Assembly: GCF_001194135.2 (NCBI RefSeq)
Contig: NC_068993.1
Location: 31,460,306-31,492,487, forward strand
DNA length: 32,182 nucleotides
Direction: 5' to 3'
DNA from: Octopus bimaculoides
Lineage: Eukaryota
Below the pieces are notes generated by a model, which was not told where the DNA came from, made no database searches, and worked only from the letters and a program-made list of their open reading frames with translations. Positions 21,488 to 32,182 of this stretch are shown one piece after another; within the stretch, counting starts at the first letter, position 1, and each line of letters begins with the position of its first letter. Both the position numbers and the translations under genes were made by a program.

Positions 21488-21805
21488 TTATAACTATAAA
21501 ATATTAGATAGAAATAATATTGGAGGAAATTGTCTAAGGTCATTGAAATAATTAATTGAAATTCTCATAGATTTTTACTAATGAAAAATTTACAGCTATT
21601 GATAGTTTTTGATAATCGTTGTCAAAGAAGATCACATTTACAACAATAACTGTCCTTCTGGTCGCTGGTTCGTTTTTTTCTTTATTTGCTCTGGTGATAT
21701 TTTAATATCCTTAATTATGGAATCGAAAGGCAATTTCCCACTTGATTAAAAGAACATGAATACATGAATATAGAATAAATATAATATAGTGCAAATTCTA
21801 CACGT

Positions 21806-21810
<5 letters not shown>

Positions 21811-21868
<58 letters not shown>
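21811..21868 (+). repeat. (CT)13(AT)n compound microsatellite
   Basis: Seen directly. Confidence 0.95.
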
Positions 21869-21872
<4 letters not shown>

Positions 21873-22112
21873 AAAGACCATGGGTTGTGAGTTGGTACTC
21901 ATTCATATATGTTTCAGTATCTACTCAGTAGCGCCACATGCTAGAAGAAAATGCTAAATACCTCAAAAACTACCTTATTTATCACATAGACACGGGCATA
22001 AATTAATTGTCCTTATAATTATATTTATAAAATTAAATGCTTTGTATTAATTTTTACCTAAATGGCTTTTTATATGCTAGCTACTGGATAAAATCCTATA
22101 TAGATTTTATCC

Positions 22113-22160
<48 letters not shown>
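22113..22160 (+). repeat. (TAA)n microsatellite next to a gap
   Basis: Seen directly. Confidence 0.95.
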
Positions 22161-22728
22161 TATAATATANNNNNNNNNNNNNNNNNNNNNNNNNNNNNNN
22201 NNNNNNNNNNNNNNNNNNNNNNNNNTATATATATATATATATATATTAGAATGTCCATGAGAATTACTTAATACAGTTTTGAAGTGTAAAAGTGATTTTT
22301 AAAATTATATTTTAAAGAATTGATATGAAATCTTTTATCAGGATATTACTGAACTTTGTGGTCGTGGCAGTATTAATTACTCCCTGTTCATTTTCGGACT
22401 TATCATTTCAGTCCTAAATATTCTTTTGCCATTGTTTATTATGTAGTGTTGGCTATTTTCGGCTTAATTTCGGATTTAGAATTTTTACTGGGTATTCTTC
22501 TTTTGCTTTTCGAAGTTGAACATTTTCACCGCTTATTTTATAAAGTGGGAATATTTTAAAATTTCCATTTGTACAGATATCTAAATGTTAGATACTTTGT
22601 TGTTTATGTGCATGTGTAGGTGAGGGATGTGTGGTATTAAATGGTCATAGTTTAATTGGAGTTAAAATAATAGTTACAGCTGTTTCAGTTTGTTCTTTTT
22701 TATATACATTTTCATTAATCTCGTTCAA

Positions 22729-23014
22729 TGTAAAAAACATGTAATCAACCAATGTGACATATTCTCCAATAATTACAAGAATACTTATATAGGAGCAACT
22801 AATGAAATGAAATGAAATGAAACTTAGATATCATTCCCATCTCCCAAGTTTCATAAGTAGAAGTTACATCTGGGAACTTAAAGATAGTAGCCTTAATTAT
22901 AGATTAGAATGGCACGTCCCAGCCAAAACATCTTCATATAACCTTAAAAATAATCGTTGTCATTTATAAATGGCCAAATCAGAAGTGCTTCATAAACGAG
23001 ACGAAAAATATTAA
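22729..23014 (+). pseudogene. Penelope-like element GIY-YIG endonuclease remnant
   Basis: CKKHVINQCDIFSNNYKNTYIGAT-NEMKLRYHSHLPSF..SYIWELKDSSLNYRLEW..AKTSSYNLKNNRCHL*MAKSEVL. The YIG motif, the R..H motif and the C-terminal IW.LK..W/RC.L pattern of Penelope endonucleases are present. The frame is broken by a (GAAAT)n expansion at 22801-22822. Confidence 0.8.
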
Positions 23015-23513
23015 CATGCTTACATAAAGATAAATTCTTATTCTCTAAATACCACTGATACCTACATTACAGGTTATTAGCTGACCTGTCTAACATCTGA
23101 TTACCTCCCCTTGGCCCTCCCCTTACCACAGAACATGATTTAATATCATAAATTACAATTATATCAAATTACTCCGACTAACTGAATTAGTTCTCTTAAA
23201 TGCACGATGTCACCCGGAGATATAATTCGTTTTAATATATTCACATTAATGTTAGATCACTGACTAACATACTAACTGCTGGGGCTGCCACTTACGATTA
23301 AACGAGCAATTTAGCCTATTCTAGCCGAGTTGATTGGTTTTAATTATATTAATAAGTAGATAGCCCGCGTCATACATGAGAACATTTTACTTATTTTGCT
23401 TGTTATACCTTTTACGTAACCCAGATTATATATATAGTTGGACATCGGCAAGTCTGCAACAGATATGGATATTCCCCTCAGTAAATCCTCGCTCACAAAG
23501 CCAAGATATATGC

Positions 23514-23623
23514 ACATACATACGTACATTCATACATAAATACATACATACATTCATTGATACATATATACATACGTACATACATAAATACATACGTGCA
23601 TGCATACATACATACATACATAC
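23514..23623 (+). repeat. (CATA)n microsatellite
   Basis: Seen directly. Confidence 0.95.
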
Positions 23624-24923
23624 TTAAATTCGATTTGGGATATTGGACTGGACACCCGACGAGATACGTAGCCTGGACATGAATACAAGAAGAATACTGG
23701 CCAACACTGTTAATTTCCACATTAACAGCGATCTATGTGAGACGAAGTGATGCTGGTAGAAGAATGTGGTCAGTCCAAACAGTTTTTGAATGCCGCATTG
23801 TATCACTCATACACCTCCTGGACAGTAAAGAAAGAAATGAGTACTTTCCATACATACTCAAAAGTCAGAGGAACATTTTTAAATTTGGAGAACAACTGTG
23901 CAGGTACATTCAAAATTCAACTGTCTCATGCGACCCGAAGGAAGATGCACTGGCTTATCTAAACTTGGTGGAGAAGCAGGTATCATGTCAACAAAAACAA
24001 TGCATGGGTACATATCTCGTAAGCTAGAGGGTAACAGCAGCATTGACAAGAGGGATACCTTCTCGTAGACCAGTGAGAGATATATTACATCTGTTGTAGA
24101 ACTATATGCTTTCGCTGTCCAGGAACAAGAGATAGCTATTAAATGTCTGATAAAGAAGACGGACGAACACACCACCAAACCTCCACGTTGTGATAAAATA
24201 TGTTGGATCTACTATACCAGTGTCAGAGATACCACCTACATCATCAGAACCTACTCCAAAATGTCTGTGAGACACTACCTGCCTCAGAGACTATTTACAA
24301 TGCTGTCTGAATGGAGGACTGCTTTGACGTATATATCAGAGCCATGTCAGAACCAGCAGGTATTCACACCTAGGAAATCAAGGATTATTGGTGTAACACT
24401 TCAATAAAAACATCAATTCGATGCCAACGTAACAGACCTAACATTGTTCTGTGGACAAAGAGTAAATGTCATGCACTCTTGTAGAGGCTAGCGATACAGA
24501 AGATGTGAGTTACGAACAAAGGTTGAAGGGAAAAAGAACATTTATGGTGGAACTTACAGCTCTTGTACCCTGACAATAAGTTTCTCATTTGTATCTATCA
24601 CCATAGGTACAGTAGATTATGTACCAACAAATTTGCGCGCAAAGTCCTAGAACTACTAGTTATTTCAAAAAATCAAAAGCATAAGAAACTGAGGCGGATT
24701 CTCCGAATCCCATCAATTAGTGGTACAGTAAAGTTTTGTAAGACATTCCAAAGATTTTCCATTTGAGATTCTTTAGTTGAATAGATGTACACTTTTCGGT
24801 GTGTGCATCGACAGCTCAACCAAAACACCAATTCAAACACATATTTACAAATACCGGGAACTATATTAACTCAAAAGAGTACGTGTGTACATACAAACAT
24901 ACATACATAAATACATTCATACG
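23624..24923 (+). mobile_element. RLE-type (R4/Dong-like) LINE copy 1, 5'-truncated, ending in a CATA-like tail
   Basis: FGILDWTPDEIRSLDMNTRRIL..YVRRSDAGR..MHGYISRKL..AVQEQEIAIKCLIK..PRCDKIC..NRPNIVLW..YPDNKF..SISGTVKFCKTFQRF*. A 3' UTR and CATA-like repeats follow at about 24885-24923. Confidence 0.75.
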
Positions 24924-24924
24924 C

Positions 24925-25110
24925 GATGATGATGATGGCTGTGCACTCGTGACGAAGGAAGACCATCACTGACCATTTCGCATGGAAGATGTTTACAATG
25001 CCAGTGCGAAAGTTTATTGTTCTTGCAGTTGACTTCACCTAGGTTCTTGCCCGTGCCTTCCATGCTCGCCACAGTGCACTCCTACTCAATACAGGACATC
25101 AGAAACTCGC
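24925..25110 (-). mobile_element. Possible extreme 3' end of an RTE-type LINE with (CAT)n tail
   Basis: The minus strand ends CTTCCTTCGTCACGAGTGCACAGCCATCATCATCATC, preceded by a degenerate C..RTGI..H-like finger. Weak similarity. Confidence 0.4.
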
Positions 25111-25124
25111 TTTGTCAGCAATTA

Positions 25125-26669
25125 TAACCGAAATTATCAAGTTCAATAAGGTTTGCAGAATGCTAAACAAGTCCTCTTCGTCCTATTGCAAGCTGTATGA
25201 CAAGGAGGCACAAGTGAGTTCCTTGTTGAACTTGGTCCGTTTTAGTGCTGATATTAGAATGGAATTCGGACTCAAGAAATGTGGAATAATATCCCTGAAA
25301 GAGGCAAGGTACAGTTCCTAGCAGGAATAAATTACTTAATAGAGAGCTGATTAAACAAATTGAAACGGGAGACTACAAATACCTTGGCATAGTAGAGTCT
25401 AACGAGATAATGGAGAAGGAAATGAAAGAGAAACTGAGAATGGAATATTTCCGAAGACTAAGATTGGTGTTGCGCTAAAAATTGACTGAATGGAATAAAA
25501 TACGAAGCAGTTAATACACGGGCGATAGTATCACTTCGGTATAGAGCTAGAATTATAAAATGGCAAAGGAAAGAACTGATTAACATGGATACGAAGACAA
25601 GAGAAATGTTGACAGAGAATGGAAACTTCCACCCTAAGAGTGGCACCAATAGAGTGTGCTTGTTCCGAAGAAAGGGTGGGAGAGGTTTGATCAGTTGCCA
25701 GGATTGTATCAAAGCAGAGGAGTAAAAGAACATAGGGTAGTATGTAAAAAATGTCGTGGAACCATTATTGAAATATGTGAAGAAGGTCAGTGTCATTAAA
25801 ACTAATAACTGTGTAAAGAAAGAAAAGCTCAAAGAGGAAAAGAACACTAAAAAGAAACAGCTTGGAAGAAAAAAGTGCGGTCAGTTTGCAAGAGATACGT
25901 ACGCTAAGGCAGATACAGAAGACCGGTGGCTATGGATGAGAAGGAGTGGCGTGAAGACAGAGACAGAAGGACTCATATGCGCAGCTCAAGTACATGCGTT
26001 AAGGACTAAGTGAGGTGTAGAAAGGGGTGAAACGGAATGACACATCGTTAACGAACGGCCGAAATTGGCACGACGCGAATACAAAAGACAACATGACAAT
26101 GTGGCCAGAATGATCCATTGGAAGCTATGTGGAAATCACGGCTTACAAAGAGCAAAGACGTAGTATGAGCAAACTCCAGAAGGAGTCACCGAGAATGATA
26201 ATTGAAAATCTTGTGGGAGGCAATGATTCAGTGCGATCGCCTGAGCAGACATCGGAAACCTGATAATGACATGGTTCAAAAAGAAAGAACATGCTGGATG
26301 ATTGACATAGCATGTCTTTGTGACAACAGGATCCAAGAGAAAAAAGAAAACCTGAAAGGTTATGACGATTTGAATTGGGAAATGCGAAGGTTGTGGTCAA
26401 TGAGGAGAGTAGACGTAGTACAAATTAACTGCTGCTCTTGGAAGTATCAGTGCTCAACTAACAATATGGCTCAAACAAATTGGTACAACACCTACAAAAA
26501 TTAGCATTGCTTGGAACTGCAAGAATTCTACGCAGGGTTCTTGAAGTGTAACCAGTTAACAAGCGTCACTATATTCTACTGGCTGTCGACAGCTGGCAAT
26601 TTCTATCACACCCAGCAAAATAATCTGTGAATTTTCATCAAATAATAATGATGATTTCTTTATTTTATT

Positions 26670-26715
<46 letters not shown>
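25125..26715 (+). mobile_element. R4/Dong-clade LINE copy 2, 5'-truncated within RT, with (TAA)15 tail
   Basis: KLYDKEAQVSSLL..FSADIRMEFGLKKCG, YKYLGIVES, FHPKSGTNRV..RRKGGRGL, ETEGLICAAQ, IHWKLC, RLE motif RKPD..CWMIDIAC..K, ALLGTARILRRVLEV*. (TAA)15 at 26671-26715. Confidence 0.9.
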
Positions 26716-26716
<1 letters not shown>

Positions 26717-29700
26717 CAGACAGATCCGTCCCCTAATGTCAACATCCAAGCTAGTCGTGCCTGCAATGACAACAAAGCAAAATACAAACCCGATCCACCG
26801 ACACTCGGAACACCGAGGACCGCGTACTCGAACCAGATTAGAGTCGGAAAATCAACTACTGGTTCAAATCTTCCCGAAACACAGGAATATTACAACAAAT
26901 TGCAATCCATGCTCGTCATCAAATAAGCTAAAGTAAAGAAGGTAGTATTGTCTAGGGTAGATAATAAAGAGGTACTTAAGGCCTTGTATCATGCCATATA
27001 TTTCCCTAATACTGAACAAACCTACTTAGACTGGAGACAGAAACACCTTGAAGTAAGATCATACATAGACAATAACAAACTTGCCAACGTCAGAAGAAAT
27101 ATTGTGAAAAAAAAATTACTAACTGAATTAGATATTGACCAAATTAAACAAACAATAAGGGATAAAAGAAACGAAGTTGCAGTTAAAGAACATACCGCAG
27201 AGGAAATAATTATAGACCAACCCAGGTCTGATGAAAATGCTATCATGATTGAAAGAGTTAATGTAACTGATGAGCAAGGTGAAATATCTCTGAACCAACC
27301 ATAAATACTAAGGCAGATGAAAATCAAACAGATGAAGAAAGTCATACAGAAATCAACCCGACAGAACTAACTACATGATCTAAAAAATCAAATTATGATT
27401 GAATGGCTGAAAATTAAGGACGCCAGTATGAATGAACACAACATTCTCCCAAAAATTCGCAATTCTAACCAAAACCTGAAAGTAATTGGTAAAATCCGCC
27501 TTGCACTTAAGAATATAATTTCAGCTAATGATGGTACTATTACAGATCTCAACCACCTGTTCTATGCATCCACGAAAATCTCAACGATTCTATGTGGTGA
27601 AAATATTAGAAAGCGACAACATTCCCACAAAAAGCCTTCTTGCCAGAGCGTATTCAACACCAAATTCAGCTACTTAGGTCTGACATAGAATGTTTTAAAA
27701 GCCTTAAGTTTGACAAAACTACCAAACCTACAAAACACCGAAAATTAAGGTTAAAATATAATACGAAAACCATAGTTGACATTGATGCCACCATAGAAAC
27801 TATCATGCAAAAGGTATGTGCCAAAGCTGCTCGCATAGCAAGGTATGAAAAGCGCGATAGATTCTTTAAGGACAACATGTTCAAAAGTAACCCAAAAAAC
27901 TTTTACAGGAAGATAGGTAAAATACCAGTTACAGTAAAGCCTCTCCCATCAAAAGAAGAAGTGCAGGAATTTTGGAATAAAATTTAGGCAGAGGAAAAAA
28001 CACACAATGCAAAGGCCCCTTGGATTGATAAAATATCTAAAGACTTAGACTACTTAGAAGAGCAAAAGTGGGAGGGTATCAAGGTAGAGGATGTAAGATC
28101 TGCTCTCAGGAAGTCAAGCAAATGGAAAGCTCTAGGAAAGGATGGAATTCCTAACGTCTGGTTGTATTTCTTCCCAGAGAGCCATGAACTGCTAAGAAAA
28201 CTTTACAATAATGTTTTCCAACAACTCTTGGCTAGATAATGGTATAACATTCCTACTACAAAAAATGAAGAAACAAATGAACCAAAAAATTATAGACCCA
28301 TAACCTGCTTAATAATAATGTATAAAATAGTAACATCTGTCTTGACTGAATATACCTATAGTTTTTTGAATAGAAATTGGCGTATTTCCTAATGATCATA
28401 AAGGATGTAAATGTGGGTCCTATGGTTGTACAGATCAGCTACTGATCAATAAGATGATCTTGGAAGTTTGTCGCAAGCGACACAAAATATTGTTGATAGC
28501 CTGGTTAGACTATAAAAATGCTTTTGATAGTCCACCACATAGCTGGATTAAGAAATACCTGAAAATGTACAAAATAGCGCCTACTCTGCGAAACTTTTTG
28601 TATGTAAGTATGAGATCATGGATAACCACACCGAGTTTGAACAGTGACAATGAATCTCTTAATGCTGGAGATGTAAAAATTTCATGTGGTGTTTTCCAGG
28701 TGAGTCTCTGTCACAACTCCGCTTTTGCTTACTTAATACCTCTCTCGAAATTACTCAATGATGTATAATACGGCTATAAAATGTTTGATAAAGATATAAA
28801 TCATCTTATTTATATAGATAATTTAAAGCACTTTGCAAAAAATAACTAACAACTACAGGACTTGCTAACGATTGTTAAACAATTCAGTGATGACAACCGG
28901 ATGCAATTTGGCCTCGATAAATGTGCAAAAGCTACCTTTATGAAAGGAAAAATGACAGACACATCCAATGTTAATCTTGATCAGTAGAATGTTATAAAGG
29001 AGTTAGAACCAAAGGAGAGCTACAAATACCTAGGAGCATTTGACGGTGATGGAATCAAATATTCAGTGATGAGGGAAAGTGTCAGAATAGAATGGTATCT
29101 CAGGGTAAGGACAATACTCAAGAATGCAAAAAACAGGATCGAAGCGATCAATACTTTAGCCATACCGGTCGTGATTTAGTTTCAATATCATTAACTGGTC
29201 AATTACTGAAACATGTAATCTTGACAGAAAATACAAAAATTGTTGAGAATGCATTGGGTGCACCACCTAAGGCAGACATGCAATGATTTTATCTGCCGAG
29301 AAAAGAGGGTGGCTGTGGACTTTTAGAACTGGAATTAAAGGTGAAGATTGCCACAGTTGGCCTAGATACCTACCTGAAAAACTCTAATGACTGGATGTTA
29401 AAACTTGTCTCAAAGCATGAAAACAAGAAAGCATCATACTCAGTAACAAAACAGGCAAGGGAATATCAAAGTGAATACCAAATACAACAAATCCCAGAAT
29501 TAGACGTACAGAAAAACACAGAAAAAGTTAAGCGTGTGAAAACCCGTGCTAAAACTGCTGCCTTAGACATTTTTACAAATACCCAAAGAGAGCTAATAGT
29601 ACCGATGTTTACAAAGCCCTTACCCACCAATGGTTACTGTCTTTTAGCTTAAAATCAGAAATACAGGGTTTATCATAGCAGCACAAGATCAATCCCTACC

Positions 29701-30432
29701 TACAACAAACTACTAGTAGCCCAACATGTCGTGTATTTCAATAACAAAATGAAACCATTGATCATGCTGTTTCTATGTGCAGTCTTCTTGCGCCTACAGA
29801 GTATCTCAATAGGTATAACAGAGCAGCACAATATATTCACTAGGTAATTTGCAAAAACCTCGACCTGCCCAAGGAGAAAAACTGGTGGGAACACAACCCA
29901 CCTCCACTGCTTGAAAATGATCACATCTCACTCCTCTGGAATTTCACAATTCAAACTGACAGAAAGATAAGTATGAATAGGTCAGACATTATATTGAGAG
30001 ACTTCAGACAAATACCATGCCTCCTCATTGATATGACTGTTCTAATCGATATAAATGTATCTGTGAAGACCTACCAAAAGCTGAGCAAGTATAAAGATCT
30101 TGAAATACAAATTGGCAAAATGTGGAATTTCAAGACTAAAACAATACCTGTTGTCATAGGTGCCCTAGGAACGATAGTAAATGGGGCTGATTGCTACCTA
30201 GCTCAGATACCCATATCCTAAGTAACATGCGCTCTATGTAATCTCAATTTTAAAACAAACTCCTAATTTTCTTGTTTTCTTCAATACTCTCTAGAACAAT
30301 ACAATGTACAAAACTAAATATATGACACCCTAGGCATAACACGAACATGAATTTTTAACTTACTGTCTCTTGAGATTTCTGTGTGAGACTTAGAGACAAC
30401 TTGTACAAAAACAAAGCAAAGGTTAAACATAT

Positions 30433-30465
<33 letters not shown>

Positions 30466-30500
30466 AATAATAATAATAATAAGAAGAAGAAGAAGAATAA
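26716..30500 (+). mobile_element. R4/Dong-clade LINE copy 3, near full-length single ORF (N-terminal domain, RT, CCHC, RLE), degenerate
   Basis: SRVDNKEVLKALYHA..LANVRRNI..LTELDIDQIK N-terminal block; WKALGKDGI, NYRPITCL, GCTDQLLINK, AWLDYKNAFDSPPHSW, GVFQ, and YIDNLK at 28811 (YxDD mutated); FGLDKCAK, YKYLG, PRKEGGCGL, FIIAAQDQ, ETIDH; RLE NRSDI..LIDMTV..KLSKYKDL, IPVVIGALG. Tail (CAA)10(TAA)6(GAA)5 at 30435-30497. Confidence 0.93.
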
Positions 30501-31959
30501 CTGAGAATGTGTGGTGTGTTAGTCTTGAAGAGAGACAAAATCAAATATATGGACGGGCTATCGATACCGTTGGGTGAGTTTATGAAGTAGATAGAAGAGT
30601 CGGGCTATAAGTACTTGAGGATTTTGGAAATAGATAAATTGATGGAGAAAGAAATGACAGAAAAATTTATGTAGGGGTACTTGCGCAGACTGAGACTGAT
30701 CCTTAAGTCGAAATTAAACGGACGGAATAAGATTGAAACTATCAACAACTGGCCGGTTTCACTCCTTAGATATGGAGCAGGGTAATCGCATGGACAGTAG
30801 ACGAACTAAACACCTTAAACAGAAAGACAAGGAAGTTGCTAACTAGATATGGGACATTTCACCCAAAACGTGACACAGACAGACTATATGTACCAAGAAA
30901 CAGAGAAGGAAGACGACTGATTGGATGCGAACAAAGCATTAAAACAGAAGAAGACAACATAGCATGGTATGTAAAAAGTCCACAGAACCGCTATTATTAC
31001 AGGTAAGAAGGNNNNNNNNNNCAAAACGTGACACAGACAGACTATATGTACCAAGAAACAGAGAAGGAAGATGACTGATTGGATGCGAACAAAGCATTAA
31101 AACAGAAGAAGACAACATTGCATGGTATGTAAAAAGTCCACAGAACCGCTATTATTACAGGTAAGAAGGTCAGTCTTGTGTAGGATGAAAGATTGCAAAG
31201 ATAAAGCACTGTACAAGCAATTGCAAACGAATTAAACTGAAAATAGATGGGTAAAGAAAAGAATGCATGGACAATTTCATAAGGATGTTGAAGATAAGAC
31301 AGACAGAAAAAAGATGGCTGTGGATGACTAAAAATGATTTAAAACCGGAAACGGAGGTTCTGATCTGTGCTGCCCAAGAGTAAGCACTATGAACAAACTA
31401 CATAAAATACAGAGTAAACAACATATCAGAAAGTGATAAGTGCAGAATCTGTGGACAAAACGGTGAAACCGTATGGCATATTACCAGCCAATGTACGCTA
31501 GTAGCCCAGAAAGAATATAAGAGATGCAACGACAATATAAGGCTTGTCCATAGTATGGTCTTGACAGAGAAAATATTGGTACGACCACAAACCTGAAGGC
31601 ATCATCGAAAATGATAACGCAAAGATCTTATGGAATTTTATGATTCAGTGCGACCATGAGATAGAGAATAGGAAGCCGGTCATGGTCTTTATTGAAAAAG
31701 AAAACAAACTATGCTGGATCATAGATAAACATGCCCTGCTAAGAACAAGGTATGCGATAAGGAAGAAAGAAAAGTTGAGAGATATGACAGGTTACCTTGG
31801 GAGATTAAGCAGTTGTGATCGATGAAAAAGATGGCAGCGTTAACAAGAATTGTCGGAGTCCTGGGAACAGTAAGTAAAAATCTTGAGAAGTACATATAAC
31901 AAAAAGGGGCTGCAATAAGGGTGGAGCACTTGCAGGAAACAGCACTGCTTGGAACCGCA
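30501..31959 (+). mobile_element. R4/Dong-clade LINE copy 4, 5'-truncated and cut just before its 3' end
   Basis: CGVLVLKRDKI..GYKYL..YLRRLRLILKSKLNGRNKI, FHPKRDTDRLYVPR, KRMHGQFH, ETEVLICAAQE, CRICGQNGETVWHI, QCDHEIENRKP..CWIID, QETALLGTA, then an abrupt junction. Confidence 0.9.
30864..31169. other. 148-bp duplication flanking a 10-N gap, with 2 substitutions (probable allelic contig overlap)
   Basis: 30864-31011 vs 31022-31169 differ at AGACGACT/AGATGACT and CATAGC/CATTGC. Confidence 0.8.
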
Positions 31960-32182
31960 GTTCAGCGAAATAGTCCCAAAGTGAATATCTGCCGTGGAAT
32001 TATGTGCAATCGAATTATTGTTCCATTTTCTTCAACGCGAGAGCGATTACCGCAAATGTCTACCGTGACCTTTTGATTGAATATGCTGCACCACAACTCC
32101 AGAACCTTCAGCCGACCGTCATTTTCCAACAAGATGGTACCCCACCTCATTCAGAACTGCATGTTCGTGAGTTCCCCAATCA
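31960..32182 (+). pseudogene. Tc1/mariner-superfamily transposase fragment, DD41D (rosa/Visitor)-like
   Basis: VQRNSPKVNICRGIMCNRII.PFFN.RAITANVYRDLLIEYAAPQLQNLQPTVIFQQDGTPPH..HVREF (one frameshift). It matches the SPKVNV..GPFFF..Y.DML..FQQDGAPPH pattern and runs off the window. Confidence 0.75.

Noticed and set aside
27264-27290. CTGATGAGCAAGGTGAAA hammerhead-like core
   Set aside because: It lies within LINE coding sequence, and stems I-III cannot form.
31962-32150. Minus-strand ORF MRWGTILLEND..
   Set aside because: It is the antisense shadow of the plus-strand transposase fragment.

Overview
AT-rich eukaryotic (animal) genomic DNA with many assembly gaps and dense (TA)n/(CA)n/(CATA)n/(TAA)n microsatellites. 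The SINE families resemble those I know from octopus genomes, so the host is probably an octopod (inference). I found no host protein-coding gene I can support. Most listed ORFs are microsatellite or N-gap read-throughs, or pieces of dead transposons. The window is a transposable-element graveyard. At 1.3-5.6 kb there are three Tc1-like elements sharing one TIR; the two better-preserved copies have DD36E spacing. There is a mariner-type MITE at 7.4 kb and a degenerate Penelope-type minimal hammerhead ribozyme at 9.8 kb, plus several tRNA-derived SINEs. At 17.2-20.1 kb lies the 5' half of an L1/Tx1-type LINE (ORF1 with a CCHC knuckle and an APE endonuclease start); its 5' end abuts a SINE tRNA head and its 3' break abuts a triple hairpin. 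RTE and Penelope GIY-YIG relics follow. At 23.6-32.0 kb four same-strand R4/Dong-type RLE LINEs lie head-to-tail, joined through microsatellite tails, followed by a DD41D-like transposase fragment. All calls come from manual translation and motif recognition; no database searches were run.
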